Shown here: one piece after another, positions 46,834-55,594 of the stretch
Numbering within the stretch: position 1 is the first letter of the stretch
How the letters are laid out: the number at the start of each line of letters is the position of its first letter
Assembly: GCA_963831325.1 (NCBI GenBank)
Contig: CAWHQA010000038.1
Coordinates: forward strand, 290,907-354,906
DNA from: an uncultured Actinomycetes bacterium
GTDB taxonomy: Bacteria; Actinomycetota; UBA4738; HRBIN12
Length of the DNA stretch: 64,000 nucleotides
Reading direction: 5' to 3'
Made by a program: the position numbers and the translations under genes
Notes under the pieces: generated by a model
What the model saw: the letters and a program-made list of their open reading frames with translations, nothing else
Databases searched by the model: none
What the model was told of the DNA's origin: nothing

Positions 46834-47244
46834 TCAGCTCGCGCTGCGGAGCGACATGTCGACGCCGCCGAGCGCCTTGGCGAGCTTCAGAGGGGAACGG
46901 CCCTCACGGTTCTCATGATGTGGGTCCGCGCCGTATCCAAGCAGCAGCTGGACGATCGGGCCCTCTCCGCGCGTGCGGAGCGTTGCGCACCACAGCGGTG
47001 TGTTGCCATCAACATCCTGCGGATCGATCGCCACGCCTTTGGACAGAAGCAGCTCAGCCACGGCTACCGAGCACCCCTGTGCGGCGTAGTGCAGAGGGGT
47101 CTGGCCGTCGTGGTCGATCGTGCCGATGTCGGCCCCGCCGTCCACGAGCTCCTGCGCGCGATGGAGGTCACCGAACAACGCCGCGTAGTGCAGCGGTACG
47201 CGGCCCGACACGTCGGCGGGCGGCCTGTCTTCGACCAAAGCCAT
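46834..47244 (-). CDS. Ankyrin-repeat protein
   Basis: Start ATG 47244 (MALVEDRPP). Three to four ANK repeats: GRVPLHYAALFGDLHRAQELVDGGADI, DGQTPLHYAAQGCSVAVAELLLSKGVAI, DGNTPLWCA, GRSPLKLAK. Confidence 0.8.
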   Translation of the reverse strand: MALVEDRPPADVSGRVPLHYAALFGDLHRAQELVDGGADIGTIDHDGQTPLHYAAQGCSVAVAELLLSKGVAIDPQDVDGNTPLWCATLRTRGEGPIVQLLLGYGADPHHENREGRSPLKLAKALGGVDMSLRSAS

Positions 47245-47327
47245 GGGCTTCCTATCGGCTGCGAGCCGCCGATCCTGAAACCATGGGTCGGAAGAACGTG
47301 TCCGTGGGCGCTGGTAGCGTCGCCACC

Positions 47328-49274
47328 ATGGCACGAGGCACGGACCCGCTTTCCGGGCTGAATGACGCCCAGCGTCGAGCAGCCGAGGCGGTGACGGGAC
47401 CGGTGGCGATCATCGCGGGCGCCGGCACGGGCAAGACCACCACGATCACGCATCGCATCGCGAACCAGGTACGGGTCGGGGCGTTCGATGGGGCTTCGGT
47501 GCTCGCGGTCACGTTCACCGAGAAGGCTGCGGGTGAGCTGAAACGGCGGCTGGCGAGCATGGGGGTCGGCGGTGTCGAGGCTCGCACGTTCCACGCGTCG
47601 GCGTTGCGACAGCTGAGCACGTTGTGGCCCCGGCACACCGGGCGCGACCTGCCAGAGATCTTGAACTCCAAGGCGCAGATCCTGAACCCGATCGCGAACG
47701 GCCTTCCTGGCGCGTACCGCTTCCTGCCCCGGCGCGAGCTCGCGGGGGAGATCGAGTGGGCGAAGAACCGGCTCGTCAACCCGGCGGGCTACATCGAAGC
47801 CATCGAGGCCGAGGGCCGCACGCCTCCCCTGCCGGCAGACCTGATGCACCGCATCTTCCAGGCCTACGAGCGCACCAAGGGCGATCGGCGCATGGATTTC
47901 GAAGACATGCTGCTCATGCTGGTGCAACTGCTCGACGACGAGCCTCAGGCCGCGGCCGTCGTGCGCGACCGGTTCCACGCGTTCACGGTCGACGAGTACC
48001 AGGACGTGAACCCCTTGCAGCAGGCGCTGCTCGACCGGTGGCTCGGCGGACGTGACGAGCTCTGCGTTGTCGGCGACGACTACCAGACCATCTACACGTT
48101 CACCGGCGCCTCGCCGTCACACCTCCTGACCTTCCCCGAGCGATACCCGCATGCGACGGTCGTGCGTCTCGAGGAGAACTACCGATCGTCACCCCAGGTG
48201 CTCACGGTCGCGAACGCGCTCGCGCGTTCGATGGGCGGGTTCGAGAAGACCTTGCGGGCCACACGCGGCGACGGTCCGAGCCCAACGGCGCGCGCAGTGC
48301 CCGACGCCGACTCGGAGGTCGCGTTCGTGGTCGGCGAGACACGCCGCCTGCACGACGCGGGCGTGGCGTGGGAACAGATCGCCGTGCTGTACCGCATCAA
48401 CGCGCGCTCAGAGGCATTCGAGGAAGCGTTCGCGACCGCGAGCGTCCCCTATCAGGTTCGCGACGGTTCGTTCCTGCGTCGCCCGGGGCCGCGAGGAGCC
48501 ATCGCCAGACTGCGACGTGCCGAGGGCACCGCCGATGTCGCCGGGGCGGTCGTGGGGGCGACCGACGCGATCGGTTATCTGCCCGACGGCGTGGGCGACG
48601 ACGCCGGCGAGGAGGAACTCACCCGCCAGGCCGACCTCGGGCGGCTGCGCGCGCTCGCGACCGAGTTCGCCGGTGCGGCCGGCGACAACGCGAGCGTCGC
48701 CGGCTTCCTCGCCGAGCTCGACCATCGGTTCGCCGCCGAGCGGGAGGGGCGCGGGGTGCAGCTCATGACCTACCACCGCGCGAAAGGGCTCGAGTTCGAC
48801 GCGGTGTTCTTGCCTCGACTGCTCGACGGCGAGCTCCCGTTCCGAGCGCGCAAGAGCGAGGCCGACCCCGACGAGGAACGGCGGCTGCTGTACGTGGGCA
48901 TCACGAGGGCCCGCGGGCACCTGTTCCTGTCGTGGCCCCGCGAGCCTCGGTCGGCGCCGAGTCCGTTCCTGCGGGAGATCGGTGTGGTGAAGCCCGAGGC
49001 CGCTCTGCCGGTGGCCGCGCCGCGAGCGGCTCGCGTGCCGGTCACCGTTGGTGGTAGCGGCGGTCCGCTGTTCGATCGGTTGAGGGAATGGCGGCGCACG
49101 CGTGCCTCGACCGACGGCGTGCCTGCGTACGTCGTCTTCCACGACACGACGCTCGCCGCGATCGCGGAGCGCAAGCCGAGAGACTGGGCCGACCTCGCCG
49201 CAGTGCCGGGCATCGGTCCCGCGAAGCTCGATCGCTACGCAGACGAGGTGCTGGCGATCGTGTCGACGGGATGA
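47328..49274 (+). CDS. UvrD/Rep/PcrA-family DNA helicase with C-terminal HRDC-like domain (UvrD2-like)
   Basis: Start ATG 47328 (MARGTDPLSGLNDAQRRAAEAV). Motif I AGAGTGKTTT, motif II TVDEYQDVN, NYRS, MTYHRAKGLEFDAV, YVGITRA. C-terminus: VPAYVVFHDTTLAAIAERKPRDWADLAAVPGIGPAKLDRYADEVL. Confidence 0.9.
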   Translation: MARGTDPLSGLNDAQRRAAEAVTGPVAIIAGAGTGKTTTITHRIANQVRVGAFDGASVLAVTFTEKAAGELKRRLASMGVGGVEARTFHASALRQLSTLWPRHTGRDLPEILNSKAQILNPIANGLPGAYRFLPRRELAGEIEWAKNRLVNPAGYIEAIEAEGRTPPLPADLMHRIFQAYERTKGDRRMDFEDMLLMLVQLLDDEPQAAAVVRDRFHAFTVDEYQDVNPLQQALLDRWLGGRDELCVVGDDYQTIYTFTGASPSHLLTFPERYPHATVVRLEENYRSSPQVLTVANALARSMGGFEKTLRATRGDGPSPTARAVPDADSEVAFVVGETRRLHDAGVAWEQIAVLYRINARSEAFEEAFATASVPYQVRDGSFLRRPGPRGAIARLRRAEGTADVAGAVVGATDAIGYLPDGVGDDAGEEELTRQADLGRLRALATEFAGAAGDNASVAGFLAELDHRFAAEREGRGVQLMTYHRAKGLEFDAVFLPRLLDGELPFRARKSEADPDEERRLLYVGITRARGHLFLSWPREPRSAPSPFLREIGVVKPEAALPVAAPRAARVPVTVGGSGGPLFDRLREWRRTRASTDGVPAYVVFHDTTLAAIAERKPRDWADLAAVPGIGPAKLDRYADEVLAIVSTG

Positions 49275-49344
49275 CGGGCTCCGCGTCGGGAACGCGTGGC
49301 GCATCGGCGACGTTGAGTGGAGATCGAGCCGAGGAGGCATTCGC

Positions 49345-49758
49345 ATGTCTGACTGGAACGCAGGGATCGTCGAGGAGTTCCGCGCGAACCACGGTCGCGT
49401 GGGAGGCATGTTCGAGGGAGCGCCCATGCTGCTGCTCACCCACCGCGGTGCGAAGAGTGGGATCGAACGAACGAACCCTTTGATGTACCGCGAGGAAGAC
49501 GGTCGCATCTTCGTCTTCGCGTCGAAGGGCGGCCACAGCGCCGACCCTCACTGGTACTTGAACATCACCGCGAGCCCCGAGGTGACCGTCGAGATCGGTG
49601 ACGAGTCCATGCCCGCGCGGGCCGTCGAGATCACCGGAGCGGAGCGCGACGAGATCTATGCCCGGCAGGTACTCGATCGCCCGCAGTTCGGCGAGTATCA
49701 GCGAGGGACCACGCGCACGATCCCGGTCGTCGAGCTGATCCGCGAACCCGGGGCGTGA
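49345..49758 (+). CDS. Deazaflavin (F420)-dependent nitroreductase-family oxidoreductase (DDN-like)
   Basis: Start ATG 49345, preceded by SD GAGGAGG. Motifs: NAGIVEEFRANHGRVGG, LLLTHRGAKSGIERTNPLMY, FASKGGHSADPHWYLN. Confidence 0.85.
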   Translation: MSDWNAGIVEEFRANHGRVGGMFEGAPMLLLTHRGAKSGIERTNPLMYREEDGRIFVFASKGGHSADPHWYLNITASPEVTVEIGDESMPARAVEITGAERDEIYARQVLDRPQFGEYQRGTTRTIPVVELIREPGA

Positions 49759-50246
49759 ATCGCCTGGACGGTGTCGATGTGTTCGATCACCTCGACGTGA
49801 TCGGGACGCTGCACCAGCTCGATCCACGTGCCGTCGGGGTCGATCGCGTAGTGCACCCGCACACCGTGCCAGTCGCCTTCCTCGGTGAGCCGCACAGGCT
49901 TCGAGAGCACTCGCACGCCCGCCTCGCGCAGACGCTCGTGAACGGCGTCGATGTCACCGACCTGCAGACCGATGTGCGTGGCGCCTGGGTCCCAGAGTGA
50001 CTTCGTGATCGGCGTGCCGATAGGGTGCACGAACTCGACGAGCTCGAGGACCAGGGCATCGCCGACCTCGATGTCGGCCCACCGGATGCTCACGCCTTCC
50101 TGGCCCATGATCTCTGCGAGCTCGGCGTCGTCCGAGACCCCCCGGGCGATGAGCGGCAACCCGAGCAGGCCGACGTAGAACCCGAGCGACGAGTCGAGGT
50201 CGCGGACGGTCACCGAGACATGATCCAACCTGACGGCTTGCATCAC
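49698..50246 (-). CDS. VOC/glyoxalase-family protein
   Basis: 182 aa: LDHVSVTVRDLDSSLGFYVGLLGL, GATHIGLQVGDIDAVHERL, DPDGTWIEL. GTG start forms a GTGA overlap with the upstream decarboxylase stop. Confidence 0.8.
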   Translation of the reverse strand: MMQAVRLDHVSVTVRDLDSSLGFYVGLLGLPLIARGVSDDAELAEIMGQEGVSIRWADIEVGDALVLELVEFVHPIGTPITKSLWDPGATHIGLQVGDIDAVHERLREAGVRVLSKPVRLTEEGDWHGVRVHYAIDPDGTWIELVQRPDHVEVIEHIDTVQAIHAPGSRISSTTGIVRVVPR

Positions 50247-51636
50247 TGCGCCTCCTCGAGTCGAGCTGGCACCACGTCTCTCGCGAAGACATCGCTCACG
50301 GTCTCGGCCCGCTTGATGACCTCGGACTCCGCCCCGTGCACGAGCACCGTCGCCGGCCGTGGCAGCGCGTTGAAGTTGGTCGCGCTGGCGTCCTGATACG
50401 CGCCCGTGTCGAGGAAGGCCAGCGTCTCACCGTCGCGCACATCGGGCAAGGGGACCGACGGCACCATGAGGTCGAAGCCACAGCTGATGCCCACGACGTC
50501 GGCTGGGCCGATCGGCGGGTCGTCCGGCTCGGGAGGCGACCAGCACCGTCCATCGGTTGTGCTCGATCAACGAGTCCGGCAGGAACATCTCGGTCGTGTC
50601 GGTCTCGACCCAGCGCCACTGAACGGGCCTCGACTCGCGCTTGGTGTTCACCACGTTCGCGAGATGGATGCCCGCATCGGCGTAGAGACCGCGACCCGGC
50701 TCGAGCTCGAGCGTGACACCGTCGGCTGTTCATGCCATGGCGGCCGAGCTCTCGTCGCAGCGACGTCGTGATGACTTCGGCGTACTCGTCGATGGTCGGA
50801 GCGGGCGCAGGCGAGCGATCGGCCAGCCGGGACAGCAGGCGGCCGGTGGGATCGCGCGGCACGGCGAATCCGCCCCCGATGTCGATCTCTCGCGGCACCC
50901 ATCCACCCCAGTCACGCGAGAGCTGCGCCACCAGATCGACGAACGCGCCGATCATGGTGCGGTACATGCCGGTCTCGGGACGATGCCGCGGCAGATGTAC
51001 GTGCACGCCCGAGAGGTCGAGCGCATCCGACGCGATCGCGCGCCGACCAAGCTCGACGACATCCTCCGTGGGGATGCCGGCCTTGTACGAACGTGTCATC
51101 TCGGACGTCGGCATGCCCTCGGGGTCGAAGTCGGTGGGGTCGGTCAGGTCGGACAGGTCCGGACGAAGCCGTAGCCTGACCGTCGCCCGTGTGCCGAGCC
51201 GTCGCGCGGCCTCCACGATGAGCGGCAACTCGCGCGCGGCGTCGATCGTGATGCGAGCGCCCGCGGCGACCGCGTCGTCTATCAAAGCGGCGCTCTTGCC
51301 GGTGCCGTTCACGGAGATCATCGCAGGCGGCACCCCGGCGCCGAGCGCTGCGGTCAGCTCCGAGGGACCGAACGTGTCGCACCCCATGCCTTCCTGGGTG
51401 AGCACGTGCCGAAGCGCGAGCGCGTAGTTCGCCTTGAGGGAGGGAAGCACTCGAACCGAGCCTTCACTCCAACGTTCGGCGAAGGCCGACTGGAAGGACC
51501 GGGCGTTCCGCCGGAGCTGATCCTCGGAGACGACATAGAGAGGAGTGCCGAATCGGCGCGCGAGCTCGTCGCACGCCACCTCCTCGATGAACAGGCGCCC
51601 GTCGCGCACCGAGAGCGCTTGGTCGATGCGTCTCAT
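50243..51636 (-). pseudogene. PLP-dependent Orn/DAP/Arg decarboxylase (fold type III), frame-disrupted
   Basis: N-terminal 300 aa are in ORF 50296..51636 (GTPLYVVSEDQLRRN, PLP-Lys context LPSLKANY, IDIGGGF). The middle is in ORF 50427..50654 and the C-terminus (LAFLDTGAYQDASATNFNALPRPATVLV) in ORF 50243..50494. Confidence 0.8.
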
Positions 51637-52382
51637 GACCAGCCCGCCTCCGTGGCTCGCAGGAAGAGGGCCAGCGCCACGAGCGGCACGGCGATCGAGA
51701 GACCGCGGAGCGCTCCCTCAGGCGCGGCGCGCAGCGCCGCCTCGTCGAGCGGCTCCCTGGTGCCGTCGTCGAGCACGAGCTCCCCGTGCACGCCCACGAC
51801 GTGACGACGCAGGCGCCTGACCGGCGTCGACAGCACGCGTTGCACGGCGCTCAGCACGGCACACGCGGCCGCGGCGACCACAGCTTCCACGCGTAGCTCG
51901 GCGGTCTGCGCGAAGTTCGCCGTGAGCACCGGGAACCCGCCCCACGCGATCGCGAACCACAGATCGGAGTGGAATGCACCTGCGAACAGCTCCAGGTTGT
52001 ACGAGACCACGAGGAACGCGCCGACCACGATGAACGGCGCGAGCCACGGTGACACCTCGATCATGCCGTCGACCCCCAGCGCGATCGCGCCGGCGAGCCC
52101 GGCAACGGCGAGAGCCACGAGCGCGCCACTCGGGATGAGCGTGCGGAGCGGGCGTGAATGCAGCTCGTCGAGCGCGTGCGCCGCGAGCCCCATCGCGAGG
52201 AAGAACGCCAGCAGGGTCTCCCCCAGCCAGCGAAGGTTCACGTCGGGCGCGAGCGACGCGCCGATCACCACGTACGACAGATGCCACAGCGTGTAGGGAG
52301 GGTGAAGCAGGGTCCACCAGTCTCGCCATCCACCGGGTGCGAGCGCGTAGAACGCCGGACGCCCCCCGCGTTCAGCCGCCAC
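51633..52382 (-). CDS. Hypothetical polytopic membrane protein (6-7 TM segments)
   Basis: 249 aa, intact: WWTLLHPPYTLWHLSYVVIGA, LLAFFLAMGLAAHALDELHSRP, FIVVGAFLVVSYNLELF. I recognise no family signature. Its start and stop overlap both neighbouring genes. Confidence 0.65.
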   Translation of the reverse strand: MAAERGGRPAFYALAPGGWRDWWTLLHPPYTLWHLSYVVIGASLAPDVNLRWLGETLLAFFLAMGLAAHALDELHSRPLRTLIPSGALVALAVAGLAGAIALGVDGMIEVSPWLAPFIVVGAFLVVSYNLELFAGAFHSDLWFAIAWGGFPVLTANFAQTAELRVEAVVAAAACAVLSAVQRVLSTPVRRLRRHVVGVHGELVLDDGTREPLDEAALRAAPEGALRGLSIAVPLVALALFLRATEAGWS

Positions 52383-53094
52383 GGCGCCCTTCCTTCACGC
52401 CCCACATCACCACCGCGGCTCCGAGCGTCAGCTCGCGCGAGCGCACGTGTCGGATACCGGCTTCCTGCCACCAACGAACCTGCTCGGGAAGCGGGGCACG
52501 CCGCTCGAGCCGGCTGATACTCGGGCCGAGGAAGACGCCCGTCCACCTCCACTGAGGCGAGACGAACGAGCCGACCACGGGGAGCACGCCTCGCGTGTAC
52601 GCGAACCAGCCCGCGCGCAGCACCGGCCGCTGCGGCACGTGGAACTCGAGCGATGCGATCGCACCGCCGGGCCTGACGACTCGCGCCAGCTCGCAGAGGG
52701 CCGCGGCGGGGTCGTCGACGTACCGCACGAGATAGGTGAACGTGATCGCGTCGAACGAGCCGTCGGCGAACGGCAAAGTCTCCGCGCGTCCGAGCACAGG
52801 TCGGATCTGCCCGTGGAGTCCGGCCATCTCGTTCGCGGGCAGACCAGCGCGAATCATCGCCTCGGAAGCGTCGAGCGCCACCACGTTGACCCGGCGCCGC
52901 GAGGCGAGATCACGCGCCACAAGCCCGGTGCCGGCAGCCACGTCGAGCACGATGGAACCGGGCACGGCGCCGAGCTTCGAGACCATGAACCGGCGCCAAC
53001 GCGCGTCCTGGCCGAAGGACATGACCGCACCTGCCCAGGAGTACTGGGGGGCGATGCTCGAGAAGAGCCCGGGTGCCGCGTCGCGATCCGACAT
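52372..53094 (-). CDS. UbiE/MenG-family SAM-dependent methyltransferase
   Basis: Start ATG 53094 (MSDRDAAPGLFSSIAPQY). UbiE-type motif MSFGQDARWRR; SAM motif I VLDVAAGTG; also FDAITFTYLVRYV and RVVRPGG. Confidence 0.85.
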   Translation of the reverse strand: MSDRDAAPGLFSSIAPQYSWAGAVMSFGQDARWRRFMVSKLGAVPGSIVLDVAAGTGLVARDLASRRRVNVVALDASEAMIRAGLPANEMAGLHGQIRPVLGRAETLPFADGSFDAITFTYLVRYVDDPAAALCELARVVRPGGAIASLEFHVPQRPVLRAGWFAYTRGVLPVVGSFVSPQWRWTGVFLGPSISRLERRAPLPEQVRWWQEAGIRHVRSRELTLGAAVVMWGVKEGRRGG

Positions 53095-53096
53095 GC

Positions 53097-53882
53097 TCAA
53101 CCCTCGAGACCGAGCAGCCCGGGCAGGTCCGCGAGCGAATCCACGACTCGGTCGGGCGCCCCGCGCTCGAGATCTCCCTGTCGGAACTTGCCGGTGCGCA
53201 CCAGCACCCCGGTGAGTCCGGCGGCCTGCGCCCCTTCGACGTCGTTCACGACATCGTCGCCCACCATCGCGGCCCGGCCGGACACAACGCCGAGCGCCTC
53301 GAGCGCCGCGCCGAAGTATGCGGCCGACGGCTTCCCGCACACGACCGGGCTGATGCCACTCGCGGCCTCGAGCGCGGCGACGAACGCGCCGCCGTCGAGT
53401 TGGAGGCCGTCGTCGGTGCGCCAGTAGAGGTTGCGATGCATCGCGACGAACGCGGCACCGTCGTTGAGACGGCGGAAGACGCGGTTCAGCGTGTCGTAGC
53501 TGAAGTCTGTGCACGCACCGCCGAGCACGACGACCTCGGCTTCATCGACATCGACGATCTGCACACCCCCGAGATCGGCTCGTGGGTCGCCGTCGCTCAG
53601 CACGAACACCTTCGCGCCGGGATGGCGCGATCGCAGATGAGCGGCGGTGGCACTCACGGCAGTGACGATCTCTTCCGGCTCGAAGTCGAACCCGGCGCCG
53701 CGCAGCGTGGCGGTGAGGCCGGCACGAGTATGCGTGGTGGTGTTGGTGATCAGCCGGAAGGCCACGTCATGTGCCCGGAAAAGCCCAACAGCCTCAACCG
53801 CACCCGCAAGCGGCTGCCACGAGGTCACGAGCACACCGTCGATGTCGAGCAACAACGCGTCGACGTCGAGCGGAGATGTCAT
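53097..53882 (-). CDS. HAD-superfamily hydrolase, subfamily IIA (NagD-like)
   Basis: 261 aa. Motif I LLDIDGVL; ITNTTT; GKPS; motif IV MVGDDVVNDV. Confidence 0.85.
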   Translation of the reverse strand: MTSPLDVDALLLDIDGVLVTSWQPLAGAVEAVGLFRAHDVAFRLITNTTTHTRAGLTATLRGAGFDFEPEEIVTAVSATAAHLRSRHPGAKVFVLSDGDPRADLGGVQIVDVDEAEVVVLGGACTDFSYDTLNRVFRRLNDGAAFVAMHRNLYWRTDDGLQLDGGAFVAALEAASGISPVVCGKPSAAYFGAALEALGVVSGRAAMVGDDVVNDVEGAQAAGLTGVLVRTGKFRQGDLERGAPDRVVDSLADLPGLLGLEG

Positions 53883-53946
53883 GACCGCAGTCTGCCATGC
53901 ACGTCATCGCGAGGCGCGATGGGAGTCGGGCCGGCGAAAGATCGAG

Positions 53947-54810
53947 CTACAGCCGGATGCCGACGCGCTTGCGCGCCTCGGCGAGATCGACGCCCGGGTC
54001 AAGGCCCTGCTGGCGCATGAGGAACTCCGTGTAGGGCGCGATGAACCGGTACTTCGGCGGCAAGAACGGTCGCGTCGCGCGGATCAGCGGGAATGCCGCA
54101 CGGGTCGATGCCTGCTTCACCCGGCCGAACGGCACGCCGTACATCTCTCTGATGTGTGGCGGCAACGTTCCGAAAGCGAGGCGGGACACACCTCGGAGCA
54201 CCGGCCGCCAGTCGGCCTCCGCAGGCGGATCGAAGAACAGGTCGAGCACCCTGCGCGCACCTTCGGTGACCTGCAGTTCGCCGCGATCGTCGAAGTCGGC
54301 GAGCCATGCCCTGAGGCCCTGCCAGGTTGGCGGGATGTCCGCACGCGGGACGAGACAGAGCTCAGCGGCGAGCTTCTGCTCATCGTGGAACCGCTGGCGT
54401 CCGGCGTCATCGAGCCGACCGACCGTGAGCTGCTCGAACAGGATGGCCGAGTCGACGAGGCAGGCGTGTACATAGAGGAGCAGCTCGGGGTCGAGGGCAT
54501 CGTAGGACTTGCCGGTGACCGCGTCTATCCCATTGATGCGTGTGTGGACGTCGTTGATCTTGTCGGCGGCCGCGTGCGCCTCCGTCTTGGTGCCGAAGGT
54601 CATCGTGTAGGTCAGGATCAGTGTTCGCTGCAGCCGTTTCCACGGGTTCCGTTCGTACATGCCGGTCTGGTTCGCCCCAGCGACCACGAGCGGATGCGCG
54701 GCCTGCATCAACAGCGCCCGTGCGCCGCCGAAGAGCACGGTGACCTCACGGTGCACCTGCCATGAAACGCTCGTTGGGCCGAAATAGCCGCTGTCGGTGG
54801 TCGTCGCCAT
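53947..54810 (-). CDS. DUF2236/MpaB-family oxygenase-like protein
   Basis: Start ATG 54810 (MATTTDSGYFGPTSVSWQVHREVTVLFGGARALLMQAAHPLV). Also DPELLLYVHACL. Confidence 0.8.
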   Translation of the reverse strand: MATTTDSGYFGPTSVSWQVHREVTVLFGGARALLMQAAHPLVVAGANQTGMYERNPWKRLQRTLILTYTMTFGTKTEAHAAADKINDVHTRINGIDAVTGKSYDALDPELLLYVHACLVDSAILFEQLTVGRLDDAGRQRFHDEQKLAAELCLVPRADIPPTWQGLRAWLADFDDRGELQVTEGARRVLDLFFDPPAEADWRPVLRGVSRLAFGTLPPHIREMYGVPFGRVKQASTRAAFPLIRATRPFLPPKYRFIAPYTEFLMRQQGLDPGVDLAEARKRVGIRL

Positions 54811-54931
54811 GCCTCGAGCGTACGTGCGCGGGCACGCTGCGTCGTCGTCGGAACCTCTGCGCCGAGCCACGCTGGACTTGCAGTCGAACCGGTGGCACGA
54901 TCGCAGCCCGCAGGCATCATCCTTCCCCACA

Positions 54932-55594
54932 ATGATCGTCATCCTGTTCGTCGCCGCCACCGGCCTCGTCGCCGGGTTCCTCGCCGGTGGAAGCCTGCGC
55001 AACTTCGAACGGGTCCATGTGCACTGGTGGGGTGCCGCGTTCGCCGGACTCGTTGTGCAGGCTGTTCCGCTCCAACGATGGCTCGACGACGACGCGGCCG
55101 TCAGTGCACTGGTTGCGAGCTACGCCCTGCTCGTCGCCTTCGTGTGGGTGAATCGTCGCCTGCCCGCCGCACCCATGCTGCTCGTGGGACTCGTGCTCAA
55201 CACGCTCGTGATCGGTGTCAACGGAGGTATGCCGGTGAGCGAGGGTGCGATCCGTGCGGCACGGGTCTCGGGTGACGGGCTTCCATCGGCGATCGACGAC
55301 GGCAAGCACCACCTCATGACATCGTCGGACGTCTTGACACCGCTCGCTGATGTGATCGGACTTCCGCCGCCAGCCGCGACCGTGCTATCGGTGGGTGACC
55401 TGTTCCTCTACGCGGGCATCGTGGTCTTCACGGTGATCGTCATGCGGGGACACTTCGAGGAGAATCGTCGTCCTCCCGCGTGGATTCCGATGTACCGGGG
55501 GAAGCATCTCCCACCGCGACGTCGCTTGCCCCGCCGGTCACGGCATGGGGAGGAGCCTCGGCCTGTAGCAGTGAGCTCGGGAACTTCACCGTGA
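54932..55594 (+). CDS. DUF5317-like integral membrane protein
   Basis: Start ATG 54932 (MIVILFVAATGLVAGFLAGGSL). NGGMPV motif. The Arg/Pro-rich last ~45 codons overlap the convergent kinase gene and may not be genuine. Confidence 0.7.
   Translation: MIVILFVAATGLVAGFLAGGSLRNFERVHVHWWGAAFAGLVVQAVPLQRWLDDDAAVSALVASYALLVAFVWVNRRLPAAPMLLVGLVLNTLVIGVNGGMPVSEGAIRAARVSGDGLPSAIDDGKHHLMTSSDVLTPLADVIGLPPPAATVLSVGDLFLYAGIVVFTVIVMRGHFEENRRPPAWIPMYRGKHLPPRRRLPRRSRHGEEPRPVAVSSGTSP

Noticed and set aside
43230-49274. A dedicated anti-phage defence system (NERD + AAA+/vWA + helicase)
   Set aside because: The helicase looks like housekeeping UvrD2. The ATPase/vWA pair is a widespread conserved pair of unknown function. 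The NERD call is weak, and no hallmark defence effector is present. I kept it as a context observation only.
53905-53921. Palindrome CATCGCG-AGG-CGCGATG upstream of the HAD operon, as a possible operator or terminator
   Set aside because: It is short and GC-rich, so chance occurrence is likely at this base composition. No U-tract follows on either strand, and I noticed no second copy.
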